DNA from: a virus
Taxonomy: Duplodnaviria > Caudoviricetes
IMG/VR virus record: IMGVR_UViG_3300029893_000475
Coordinates: 1-62,553 of that record
Strand: one strand, 5' to 3'
Length of the DNA stretch: 62,553 nucleotides
Positions 47,577 through 57,951 of the stretch are shown here, piece after piece; the stretch's first letter is position 1; every line of letters begins with the position of its first letter. The notes under the pieces are model-generated. The model did not search any database. It was not told the DNA's origin and saw only the letters and a list, made by a program, of their open reading frames with translations. A program made the position numbers and the translations under genes.

Positions 47577-50306
47577 ATGGATAGAATAAAAGTACCTTCA
47601 GGAAGTATACAAAAATTAGAAACTGTTTTTGATGATTTACAAACTTTTGTTCATGGGAATTTAAATAAACGTGTAAGTTTTTTAACAAATAAATATGGTA
47701 TTTTAAATTCAGTTATAAATAATACACAAGATTCTAATTTTACAGGCTTAAAAGTATCTATCACAGATATAAATACACAAACTATGACAATACAGCCAGG
47801 CATGGCTTTACTTCCTAGTGGTGATGTAATTTCTTTAAAATCTGCTTATACTTTTTCTCTTTCTGATATATATGACGGTAATATAACTGCTAATACTTTT
47901 TACCAAATTCATGTACGTTATATAGAAGTTGGTACTAACCCTATAGTTACACAGAACGCTTTTTTCTTTGATAGAGCAGGATTAACGCCATATTCAGAAA
48001 GATTTACTAGATGGAATGATAGTTTTGAAATTATTGCATACATAAGATATCCAAATGTTGACATAGATGTGCCAGAAAATGAGATACCTGTCGCTATAGT
48101 AAAAACAGCTTCCATTCCTTCAAAATTATTAGATGGAAATTTTACCTTTCAGGACATTGATGAACTAAGATCAGCTTATGATAGTGTTATTGATATAAGA
48201 AAAAACTTTACATTTAGATTAGATCATAGTCTACTAGATGATAATTTTATATTATTCAAAGATAGAGATTCTTTGGGAACAAATAAAATAAATGCTTCAG
48301 TAGAATTTAACAATTTATATTCTCAAACTATGGTTGTTTCTGGAATAACGACTCTAGGGACAACATATATTAATAATATTTTAAACGTAAATAATTCTAA
48401 TTCAAGTATCATAAAAATTTCCTCTGGTAATCAATATAATTGTGGAATTATTTTTTCTGATGCACTTTCACAACGTGGTTACACAGTTTTCGATCATAAT
48501 CATAATTATATAATAGGTTTTACAACTTCATTTGCTGACAATGGTGAAGGTATATCACCTAATTCTACTCCAACAGCTTCATTTGTAGTTACTCAAAATG
48601 GTTTTTTTGGTAATTATATTTCTCCTACAACAGAGCTTGATATAAAAAATAGTTCTATCAACGCTAGTCAAACAATGATCAGATTATCACATGTTCCTTC
48701 AGTGGCTGCACAATCAACTATATTTAATATAGGTGTTGAATATACAAATAACACGGATCCTGCTTATGGTAGAGGCTTTGTTAAGCCAGAAACTTATAAT
48801 AGACCTTTTGAATTTTTAGATTATAATAGTAATTATGTACTTAAAATAGATAATGCGAATAGAAAAGTCTATCTGTATTCTTTAGAAGTACCAAATACAA
48901 GTACATTAAATACAGCTAATATTACCACAGCTACTATAAATCAAGCAACAATTACAAATCTTATAACTAATAATGCAAATATTGGGTATCTAACTTTATC
49001 CGGATTATATGTAAGTTATGACTGTGATCAAATTAATTTACCTGGAACAGCATCAACTACATTTAGGGTAGGTGTGGGAAGTACAGAATATCCAGAAGGT
49101 CGGGAAGTATTATTAGCTGATCCTGAAGTTAATACACCGGCTAACTTTAGAATTTACGATGTAAGTCCTACGACAGATAGACGTGAATCTATGAGTTATG
49201 TCCATTTAAAATGGAATTGGGATGGATTAAATGGAACAAAACAGGGAACAAACCAAATTGTCTTAAATTCTGAAACTACTACCGGAGAAGCATTAAACTT
49301 AACTTCTGGCGCTGCCGTAGTACGACAATTTTATTTTAGTTCTTCTGGTAATATATACAATATTTCTTCTTATAATGAATCTACTAGGACAATTACTTTA
49401 TCTACAAATTTTCAAGCTGGAGATGTTATTTCTGATATATACCCTGCAAAAATAATTGATCCAAACGTTACCTATTATACAATAAGATGTATAGAACAAA
49501 ACGTGGATGATGGAAGTTTAACTAAATATTCTGTTTTGGTAAATTTAGATTATGATAATATAGCTATAAACCCAGAACATATATTAAAGTTAGAATTAAA
49601 TAAAAAATGGTCTTTATCAATAAAAGCAGGAAATAAAACTTATTCAAGTTCTTATGTTACCATGCTACCTGGTACTTATGATCCAGATCATGTAGCAAAT
49701 GGTCAAGCTGGGCACGGCTATTCTTCTCCGTTCTATAATAAATTACCTTATATTGATGGAGCTTCTGGCCTTTCAACCCCTTCCTTAACGTTAACGTCAA
49801 CCGCATATGGGTTTAAATTGGACATAGAAGGTTGGGAAGGTAATACAAGGGATATTTCTCCACATGAATTTGAAATAGCATATACAACTTTAAGTGGCAT
49901 AACTTGGGAAAATTCTAGTTATTCTACTACTAAAAAAAGTGGGGCTTCTTTTATTAGAACTGTAAATCGTACCTTGCAAATAAGTACAAACCAGAGCACT
50001 ACATGGACAGTTGGCGTAAGACCTATACAGAATAATCAACCAGTAGGTACTCCTATCACTGGAACCGTACAATCCGGAGGAGGAGGAATAGTTCCTCAAG
50101 ATGGTATTGTAGTTGGTCCTTTTGAATTTAATATTTTGGTTACTTCTGGAATATTTGTTCAAAGTGGTATATACACAGATCAATATATAATTTCTGGTTA
50201 CAATAATGAGCTTTGGGGAGAAAATGCTTTAGCTGGTGCTATAGTTTCTACCGGGTCAGAAGAAACAATTATTTTATCAAATAGTTTAAGATTTACGGAG
50301 GTATAA
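47577..50306 (+). CDS. putative tail fibre / baseplate-attached structural protein
   Basis: 909 aa, T/N/S-rich beta pattern, TIQPGMALLPSGDVI baseplate-attachment-like motif, NTANITTATINQATITNL fibre-type repeats. Confidence 0.55.
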   Translation: MDRIKVPSGSIQKLETVFDDLQTFVHGNLNKRVSFLTNKYGILNSVINNTQDSNFTGLKVSITDINTQTMTIQPGMALLPSGDVISLKSAYTFSLSDIYDGNITANTFYQIHVRYIEVGTNPIVTQNAFFFDRAGLTPYSERFTRWNDSFEIIAYIRYPNVDIDVPENEIPVAIVKTASIPSKLLDGNFTFQDIDELRSAYDSVIDIRKNFTFRLDHSLLDDNFILFKDRDSLGTNKINASVEFNNLYSQTMVVSGITTLGTTYINNILNVNNSNSSIIKISSGNQYNCGIIFSDALSQRGYTVFDHNHNYIIGFTTSFADNGEGISPNSTPTASFVVTQNGFFGNYISPTTELDIKNSSINASQTMIRLSHVPSVAAQSTIFNIGVEYTNNTDPAYGRGFVKPETYNRPFEFLDYNSNYVLKIDNANRKVYLYSLEVPNTSTLNTANITTATINQATITNLITNNANIGYLTLSGLYVSYDCDQINLPGTASTTFRVGVGSTEYPEGREVLLADPEVNTPANFRIYDVSPTTDRRESMSYVHLKWNWDGLNGTKQGTNQIVLNSETTTGEALNLTSGAAVVRQFYFSSSGNIYNISSYNESTRTITLSTNFQAGDVISDIYPAKIIDPNVTYYTIRCIEQNVDDGSLTKYSVLVNLDYDNIAINPEHILKLELNKKWSLSIKAGNKTYSSSYVTMLPGTYDPDHVANGQAGHGYSSPFYNKLPYIDGASGLSTPSLTLTSTAYGFKLDIEGWEGNTRDISPHEFEIAYTTLSGITWENSSYSTTKKSGASFIRTVNRTLQISTNQSTTWTVGVRPIQNNQPVGTPITGTVQSGGGGIVPQDGIVVGPFEFNILVTSGIFVQSGIYTDQYIISGYNNELWGENALAGAIVSTGSEETIILSNSLRFTEV

Positions 50307-50758
50307 TGGCTATATCTAATTTAACACAAACGTTTACAATAAAACCTTTAACATCCGATCCTTCAGGACAACAGTGGATAACAGGCACCACAAAAACTGC
50401 TAGAAAAATAGGGGAACAGAATTTACCTGCTGACTATGTTTTAACTGAAATCCAAGTTTTGTGTACTTCTATTATAGGTGCTAATGGTTCCAATCCTGCT
50501 ATTATTCGTGTATACCAAAGTGGTAGAGAATCATCTGCAGCAATTATAGAAATTCCTGGTGTAGGATCTTATGTTCAACCTATAAATTTAGTAATAGCTT
50601 CCCGCTATGGCTCTGACAGAAAAGTAATAATCGATGCCTGGGATCCTGATACAGGATCGCCTAATAATACTTGTAGTTTAAAAGGTAAAGTGGCAGTTGC
50701 TGGCAGACCTTATATTTTTGTAGGAGGGGCTACTATAGGAACAAATACAACAGAATAA
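50306..50758 (+). CDS. hypothetical virion protein
   Basis: 150-aa beta-rich ORF translationally coupled (TAATG) in the fibre operon. Confidence 0.5.
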   Translation: MAISNLTQTFTIKPLTSDPSGQQWITGTTKTARKIGEQNLPADYVLTEIQVLCTSIIGANGSNPAIIRVYQSGRESSAAIIEIPGVGSYVQPINLVIASRYGSDRKVIIDAWDPDTGSPNNTCSLKGKVAVAGRPYIFVGGATIGTNTTE

Positions 50759-50760
50759 AC

Positions 50761-51819
50761 ATGGCCACATATAAAAATTATTTACGAGATAAAGCCGGTA
50801 TACCTATATTAGGGGCTCAAGCTTGTCTATATGATACTGCCGGAAATAAGGTTGATGTAGATATCACTGAAGATGATGGATTTTTCTATTTTACTAATAT
50901 AAAAACAGGGCACTATCAAGTAAGATTTTTTGGAAAAGATCTGACAGAAAAAGACTGGTTAGAAATAGATATAGTTGATGAGTTTCCCATTTCCAGTGGT
51001 ATTGTTTATGATCCTATAATATTTATTAATTACCCAACACTATCCGTAATAGAAGATGAAGCTAGAATTACTAAACAAGGAGAAATTACTACTGTTTCCT
51101 ACACTTTAACAAATTTAGCTACTTCAAAAGGAAAAATATCTTCTATATCACTTTATGTAAGAGAAGAAGGAAATTCAAAATGGCGTTTATTAGATAATTT
51201 AAATATAGATTCTAATAGCACTGCAACTGATACTAATATAACAACTATTACTGGTTTAACTGAATTAGAACTTATTGATAAACCTACTTTATTTTATTTT
51301 AAAACAGAATTTTTTAATCAAGTTGGTGATATAGCTGTTTTAAATGAACAAGTGGTAAGCCCATCTACATTTCTATTATGTTATGGAATAACTGACTTAA
51401 ATGAATATGTTGGGGTAACAAATTTAACTACAGTTAATACTGTAACAGTTCCAGGAAAATATTATCTAACAATACCCACAGATGAATTAATCTGTTCTTG
51501 GGATGATATGCGATCTTCAACTAGAACAAATTTTTTTAATGCTTTAGGACAAGCAGTTACTTTATCTGCTAAACAATTAAAAAGTATAGTAGGTTATTCT
51601 ATTTTTATGTTTATAAGTAAATTAGGCTATCCGCCTAGCTATCCTTGGCCTTATCCATCCAGCGATCAAAATGGTGAATGGTATTTTGTAAATACTGTAC
51701 CTACAAACAGGGCTATAATACGAATACCTAAAAATAAATTTGTAAAAATTTGGGTAGGGTTTAAAACCGAAAAAACAGATATTACTACAAGTATAACTAA
51801 AACAGAATTTAAATATTAA
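50761..51819 (+). CDS. virion protein with N-terminal prealbumin/SdrD-B-like domain
   Basis: GAQACLYD..G..V....T..DGFFYFTNIKTGHYQVRF pattern. Confidence 0.5.
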   Translation: MATYKNYLRDKAGIPILGAQACLYDTAGNKVDVDITEDDGFFYFTNIKTGHYQVRFFGKDLTEKDWLEIDIVDEFPISSGIVYDPIIFINYPTLSVIEDEARITKQGEITTVSYTLTNLATSKGKISSISLYVREEGNSKWRLLDNLNIDSNSTATDTNITTITGLTELELIDKPTLFYFKTEFFNQVGDIAVLNEQVVSPSTFLLCYGITDLNEYVGVTNLTTVNTVTVPGKYYLTIPTDELICSWDDMRSSTRTNFFNALGQAVTLSAKQLKSIVGYSIFMFISKLGYPPSYPWPYPSSDQNGEWYFVNTVPTNRAIIRIPKNKFVKIWVGFKTEKTDITTSITKTEFKY

Positions 51820-54800
51820 TGGCTATTTATTATGTAGATACAAATAATCCTGTAGCAAATGACTCAAATTCTGGGACAGAGGTGAGTCCTTGGAAAACTA
51901 TACAAAGAGCATTAAATACTATTGTAGCTGGAGATACTGTCTATATTAAAGCTGGAACATATAATCAAGCGGCATTAATAATGACTAATTCTGGTACAAG
52001 CGGGAATCCTATAAATATAAGTAATTATAACAATGACAAAGTTATTGTAGATTTTTCGTCAGGTGTAGGTACTGGTTGGAATTGGAATGGTTATAAAAAT
52101 AACATAATATTAAATGGGCTTGAAATTAGAAATTCTAAAGGTAAAGGAGTATTAATACAGGGCAGCAATAATAAAATAACGAATTGTGTAATTTATAATT
52201 GTGGTGTTGTAAACAAAACTCCGGGAATTTCTTTAGAAGGAGGATCTTATTGCACTATAGCTTCTAATGAGATTTATAATTCTGGTACAGACGGAATTTA
52301 TATTGAAAACAGAGCTACTGATGGAGCGGCTGGTTTTGCAGATAATAATACTATAGCATCAAATAAAATCCACAATAATGGTGGGAACGGAATCTCTATA
52401 ATTCCAAATTCAACAATGTTACAAATTATTTTATATAATAACACTATAAAACAAAATAAAATATATGCAAATAGTAATCATGGGATATATTGTAGAGCCA
52501 ATGAAAATACAGATATTTTTTCAAATTTAATTTACGATAATTTAAAAAATGGTATTGAATTTGGTTGGAGAGATTCTAATGATGGATTACTTAGTGGTAA
52601 TATCAATATTATAAATAATACACTTACATTTAATGATATAGGTATAGTAAATAGAAATTTATGGTTTTTAATTATCAAAAATAATATATTAGCATACAAC
52701 ACACAATTCCAGATTTTTTACGATGGTTATGGTACAGAACCTTATGTATCTAATTATAATTTATATTATACTGAAAATGAATATTTAATAGCTACAGAAG
52801 GTGGGGCTAAAGTTTTTCCTAATTTAAATGAATTTTCTGATAGATATAATCTAGAAAGAAACGGCTTAGAAGGAATCCCTTACTTTAAAAATATTTCTCA
52901 AGATGATTATAGATTATCTCTTATTTCACCGTGTATAGACAACGGAGAAACACAAGCTTCCAAATTTTTAAAGGATCTTGATGATACTTCCAGGCCTTTG
53001 GGCAATTTTTGGGATATAGGTGCATATGAATATATATTTCCACAAGTAGGTAATTATTATGTGGATAATGCTTCTACAGGCAATAATACTGGTCTTTCAT
53101 GGGCAAACGCCTGGAAAGATTTTTCATTTGTTCAATGGGATTTATTAAAACCTGGATCAACCCTGCAAATTTCTGGAGGTACTAATTCTAAAACCTACAA
53201 ACTTGAAAATACTATACAAGTTGTAGCTTCAGGAATTATAATACAAAAAAGCTCTGATGTTGGGCATAACGGTGAAGCCATTTTATCTTGTGAAAATTTT
53301 GTAGGGAATGCAATTCTTATAAGTGGAATGAACAATGTCACAATTGATGGTATCACAATACTTGATACCTCTACTACTACAATAAGTGAAGAAGGGGCTA
53401 TTAAGTGCATAAATTCTTTACAACCTACAATAAAAAATTGTAAAATTAAAGTAAATAGAGGTGCTGCTGTAAGTTTTGAAAATGTAACTTTAGGACTTAT
53501 TGATAACATTAATTTGACTACAAAAACTTATTCTACCTATCTAACAATATTAGCAAAAGTTTCTTCTGGAACTTCTAACACTATTCAAAATTGTACCGCA
53601 ACTATTTCTAATTATTTTCCTTTTGTAACTTTAAAAGCAATTATAGCTAATTTTGAGTCTAATATAACAATACAAAAAAATAGAATTTACTTTAATACAG
53701 GGGCTACAGAAATTGCTCCTAAATATGGAATATACTGTGAAAATATCAATGGCTATGCAAATATATATAACAATTTGATATATATCAATGATATAGCAAT
53801 TGGAGCAGGGATTAGTTTTCAAACTACTAATATTAATTATTTAGGAACAGCAAAGATATTAAATAATACTGTATATATCGAAAAGCAAAGCTCTTTAGCT
53901 GTAGAATTAAAAGATACTGTTAGTAATAATACAGATAGAATGTCTATAATTGCTAATAATATATTTTACTTAGCTGTATCTGGCTTTGTAAGCTATTATC
54001 CTAACACCTTTTTTAGTAACGATGCCTGTGATTTTAATATTTATTATAATACAGCTGGAGATGTAATAACACATTCAAGTAGTACCGAGTCTTTCGTGGC
54101 TTGGCAATTAAAGGGGTATGATACTAATGGTTATAATGGTATTCCGACATTTTTAAATAATTTTAAATTAGCTGGTAATTCTTTAGGTATAGATGCTGGA
54201 TATAAATACGCGGAAATAGAAGAAGATATCGATGGTGTAAAAAGACCGCAGGGAAATAATGTAGATATTGGTGCATACGAATCAAGGAAAGGATATTATG
54301 TAGATAACGAGGTTATAAGTGGTACAAAAGATGGAACCTCTTGGGAAACTGCTTGGCAAAGTTTTTCTGAAATAGATTGGAATCTGTTCCAGCCGGGGGA
54401 TTCTTTATATATCTCTGGGGGGCCGGAAGGTTATTCTAAAATATATTATGAACAGTTAAATGTAAATGCGTCTGGTATAGAAAATCTTCCTATTTATATT
54501 TTACCTGGTGAAGATTTAGGACATAATGGTAATGTAATTATTGATGGATTAAATCTGATAAATAAACACGGTCTATTTATAGATGGATATGATAATATAA
54601 TTATCAGTGGTTTAACATTCAGAAATTCCTACAGTGCAGAAATACTATCTAAAAGAGCTGATAATATACGTATTTATAATTGCAATATACTATTTTATGG
54701 CAGAGGCATAGATCTAAGATACGGTTCAAATTGTGTTATAAGTGGGTGTACACTAAATTCGCCTCTTTTTATAGGTGCTGAAACTGATGGAATATATGTA

Positions 54801-57110
54801 CAAGATTCTGTAAACTCTATTATAGAAGATAATTATATAGCTGTATTTAATTCTTACGTAGATGGTGAAAATGATTGTATACAAATTTTTAGAAATAATA
54901 ATTCTATTATAAGAAATAATTATTGTATACAACATACAAATAAGCTAGAAAAATCAAGAGGAATTTATGGCAGTAATTGTAATGGAAATATTTATATTTA
55001 TAATAATGTAGTTAATATGAACGATACAATCAGTGTAGGTATAGGTTATGAAAATTTGATTGATGGTACTGCAGATGTATACATATTAAATAATACTGTT
55101 TTTGGAAACAAAATATACAATGGAATATCCGTAACTGGTGTACCAGATCCCAAAATAAAAAATAATATTATCAAAAATACAGTAGGTCTTTATGTTTTAA
55201 ATTTAGCTGATTGGAATGGTAATACAGCAAATATAGATTATAATCTTTATCATAATACCTTAAATTCATATTTAATTAATTTTGAAGGCGATCTTATTGA
55301 TTTTAGTTTTTGGCAAGGGTACTTGTTTGATGAACATAGCTATAATTCGGATCCAAAATTTGTAAGCGAAAAAAATGGTAATTTACAACTTCAGGATATT
55401 TCTCCTGCTAAAAATGCGGGCACCTCTTTATCTGGCATATTTACTTATGATATCAATTATATAACTAGACCTCATGATGCAGCATGGGATATAGGAGCTT
55501 ATGAAGGGCCAGGATTTGATATAACAAAGCCTAGACTAACTAAAGCAGAGATTTTAAATGCCAATTCAGTAAAGCTAACTTTTTCTGAAAAATTGGTAAA
55601 AAATGAAGCAGAAAAACCAGAAAATTATAGTATTTTAAATATTGGTGAAATTGGTAATGCTGCCCCTGTTGTAATTTCAGCTACATATGATGATTTTTCA
55701 TCCATAGTGTATTTATACACGAGTAATCATTCATATAGTACTTTTACGGTTAAAGTAGAAAATGTTAAAGATTTAGCTGGGAATACTATAGATCTAAACT
55801 ATAATACTTATAATTATTACTATTATTATATTGACATTGTCAAACCAAAACTTTTATCTGCAAAATTGCTGGAAGATACAATTGTTAAATTAACTTTTGA
55901 TGAAGCTTTAAATATCAACACGGCACAAGATTCTAGAAACTATTCAATAACAAATAAACAAGTTTTTGCAGCTATTTATAATCCTGCAGATTTTTCTGTA
56001 GTTTTATTAACTAGTACACATACTTATGGTACATATACAGTTACAGTAAATAATATCACAGATTTAGCTGGGAATTTTATAGATCCAGATTATAATTATG
56101 CCATTTATAATAAAATATTTATTGATACAGAAGGTCCTAAATTAATAGACGCTTTACCAAATATAAGTGGTACTTCAGTTGATGTGTTTTTTTCAGAGTC
56201 TATACTAAGTTCTGGTCTAGAAAATATAAACAACTATTCTATATCTGGTATCAATATATCCGGATTATTTAATTTTAGTCAATGGGATGACAAGGTAAGA
56301 CTTTTTGTTGATCCTCCTTTTGTAGATCAGTCTTATTATACATTAGTTGTTTCATCCGGCATAAAAGATATTTCTGGAAATCCAGTAAATCCAGCATTTG
56401 ATACAATAACTTTCTTATATACAAGTTCTCCAGAAATTGTTTCAGTTTCTGGTGTTAGTGTTTCTTTAATTGATGTAAAGTTTTCACATAAAATGAATGT
56501 TGAAACTTTGTCTGATCCTGTTAATTATATTATAACTGGGCCTGGTGGAGCTGATGTACAAGATATTATTATCAATAATGAATATTATATTACTTTAAAA
56601 ACTTCAAAACATACTGCTGCTGGAGTATATACTTTAATGATAAATTATGCATATGATATTTATGGTAATGCTTTAGATGCTCCTAATAATCAGGGTAATT
56701 ATGAAATTTTTGGAGATTTTACTCCACCCAGTTTAATTACAGCAACTTTGTTATCTGCAAATAATTTGAAACTTGAATTTAATGAAAGATTAGATGTATT
56801 AGAATCACAATATACAGATTTATATCAAATACAAAAATTAACAGTTAGTGGTTATTTGGCTATATATTCTGTAACTATATCGGATAATGCTGCTTACTTA
56901 ATAACAGCCCCGCATGCATATTTAAATGAATATAAAATTACTGTTAGTGGAATTCAAGATTTATATGGCAACATATTAACCACACCAGAATATATAAACT
57001 ATACTTATACTGTATCTGGTTTAGATTTAACTTTATTTTCTCCTGTTGGAGGAGAAACATTTTATAATGGACAATATAAACCGATAACTTGGAATTTAGA
57101 TGAAAAATAA
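51819..57110 (+). CDS. giant adhesin/depolymerase-like protein: three right-handed beta-helix modules plus about five Ig-like domains
   Basis: Three modules each start YYVD...G.S/E...W and end D.D...RP.G...DIGAYE (at ~53030, ~54281, ~55505), followed by repeats P.L..A......V.L.F.E...NYSI...V.L.TS.H...Y...V..I.D..GN. Confidence 0.75.
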   Translation: MAIYYVDTNNPVANDSNSGTEVSPWKTIQRALNTIVAGDTVYIKAGTYNQAALIMTNSGTSGNPINISNYNNDKVIVDFSSGVGTGWNWNGYKNNIILNGLEIRNSKGKGVLIQGSNNKITNCVIYNCGVVNKTPGISLEGGSYCTIASNEIYNSGTDGIYIENRATDGAAGFADNNTIASNKIHNNGGNGISIIPNSTMLQIILYNNTIKQNKIYANSNHGIYCRANENTDIFSNLIYDNLKNGIEFGWRDSNDGLLSGNINIINNTLTFNDIGIVNRNLWFLIIKNNILAYNTQFQIFYDGYGTEPYVSNYNLYYTENEYLIATEGGAKVFPNLNEFSDRYNLERNGLEGIPYFKNISQDDYRLSLISPCIDNGETQASKFLKDLDDTSRPLGNFWDIGAYEYIFPQVGNYYVDNASTGNNTGLSWANAWKDFSFVQWDLLKPGSTLQISGGTNSKTYKLENTIQVVASGIIIQKSSDVGHNGEAILSCENFVGNAILISGMNNVTIDGITILDTSTTTISEEGAIKCINSLQPTIKNCKIKVNRGAAVSFENVTLGLIDNINLTTKTYSTYLTILAKVSSGTSNTIQNCTATISNYFPFVTLKAIIANFESNITIQKNRIYFNTGATEIAPKYGIYCENINGYANIYNNLIYINDIAIGAGISFQTTNINYLGTAKILNNTVYIEKQSSLAVELKDTVSNNTDRMSIIANNIFYLAVSGFVSYYPNTFFSNDACDFNIYYNTAGDVITHSSSTESFVAWQLKGYDTNGYNGIPTFLNNFKLAGNSLGIDAGYKYAEIEEDIDGVKRPQGNNVDIGAYESRKGYYVDNEVISGTKDGTSWETAWQSFSEIDWNLFQPGDSLYISGGPEGYSKIYYEQLNVNASGIENLPIYILPGEDLGHNGNVIIDGLNLINKHGLFIDGYDNIIISGLTFRNSYSAEILSKRADNIRIYNCNILFYGRGIDLRYGSNCVISGCTLNSPLFIGAETDGIYVQDSVNSIIEDNYIAVFNSYVDGENDCIQIFRNNNSIIRNNYCIQHTNKLEKSRGIYGSNCNGNIYIYNNVVNMNDTISVGIGYENLIDGTADVYILNNTVFGNKIYNGISVTGVPDPKIKNNIIKNTVGLYVLNLADWNGNTANIDYNLYHNTLNSYLINFEGDLIDFSFWQGYLFDEHSYNSDPKFVSEKNGNLQLQDISPAKNAGTSLSGIFTYDINYITRPHDAAWDIGAYEGPGFDITKPRLTKAEILNANSVKLTFSEKLVKNEAEKPENYSILNIGEIGNAAPVVISATYDDFSSIVYLYTSNHSYSTFTVKVENVKDLAGNTIDLNYNTYNYYYYYIDIVKPKLLSAKLLEDTIVKLTFDEALNINTAQDSRNYSITNKQVFAAIYNPADFSVVLLTSTHTYGTYTVTVNNITDLAGNFIDPDYNYAIYNKIFIDTEGPKLIDALPNISGTSVDVFFSESILSSGLENINNYSISGINISGLFNFSQWDDKVRLFVDPPFVDQSYYTLVVSSGIKDISGNPVNPAFDTITFLYTSSPEIVSVSGVSVSLIDVKFSHKMNVETLSDPVNYIITGPGGADVQDIIINNEYYITLKTSKHTAAGVYTLMINYAYDIYGNALDAPNNQGNYEIFGDFTPPSLITATLLSANNLKLEFNERLDVLESQYTDLYQIQKLTVSGYLAIYSVTISDNAAYLITAPHAYLNEYKITVSGIQDLYGNILTTPEYINYTYTVSGLDLTLFSPVGGETFYNGQYKPITWNLDEK

Positions 57111-57933
57111 AATAGATGCCTTATTACTTATAGAGTATAGCAACAATGGTGGAGCTACTTGGTCCACCATAGTTTCTGGTTATGGTGTCACTTTAGGCTC
57201 GGGATACTATGATTGGATAATACCTAATGAAGAAACTGTTTCTGGAGTAATAAGAATTACTGATTTAAATTCTTCCCAAATTTTAGCTACAAGTAATTTG
57301 TTTACTATAAAAAAATTTGATAGTATTACCGATTTAGTAATTAATAAAACAGAAGATACAAAGTTAGTAGAATTACGTAATTGGGCATTAGCTACAAGTT
57401 GGTGCTCTAGAGCTATAATTGAAACATTTCAAACTACAGATAATTTGGAGTTATACAAAACTAATTATAATTTAATTGTTGATGAGTATAATCGAGCAAG
57501 AACTCCAGATAACGCTTTGCCTAATACTTCATATAGTTTATATTCAAAAGTATATATTTTTAATACCGATGAGTTAGCTGAAGAAGCAACAGTTAGCATT
57601 GCTTCAACAAAATGGACTATGCAAATAAGTGAAAATCATTTTGGAAATTCTAACGTAAAAATGGAATTATGCACCAATCCCGGTTCAACAGATGAAGTAT
57701 GGTTTACATGGTATGATACTTCTATAAAAGGCTCTACACTATTAAAACATTTTCCAAATGGATATTTAGATTATAGTAGATTAGAAATGATTGCTTATCA
57801 GGGGGATATTTTTGGGAAAGGATTATTACCTACAAATTCTGTGCAAATAAGATTAACAATTACAACAGATTCTGCAGGCAATGGAGGTTATATTGATTAC
57901 TTTGTATTGCTTGCAGATCCGGATTTATTTTAA
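57100..57933 (+). CDS. virion protein whose N-terminus completes an Ig-like domain begun in the upstream gene
   Basis: IEYSNNGGATWSTI...GYYDWIIPN...IRITD...SNLFTI. Confidence 0.55.
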   Translation: MKNKIDALLLIEYSNNGGATWSTIVSGYGVTLGSGYYDWIIPNEETVSGVIRITDLNSSQILATSNLFTIKKFDSITDLVINKTEDTKLVELRNWALATSWCSRAIIETFQTTDNLELYKTNYNLIVDEYNRARTPDNALPNTSYSLYSKVYIFNTDELAEEATVSIASTKWTMQISENHFGNSNVKMELCTNPGSTDEVWFTWYDTSIKGSTLLKHFPNGYLDYSRLEMIAYQGDIFGKGLLPTNSVQIRLTITTDSAGNGGYIDYFVLLADPDLF

Positions 57934-57951
57934 TATTAATCAAATTAATTA

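Noticed and set aside
1121-54935. Many short antisense or nested ORFs in the track (e.g. 1121-1369, 5048-5233, 9560-9853, 12624-12998, 15035-15238, 25876-26211, 33520-33843, 39020-39337, 53195-53509)
   Set aside because: They overlap well-supported longer genes, have F/S/I/L-rich antisense-type composition and show no motifs.
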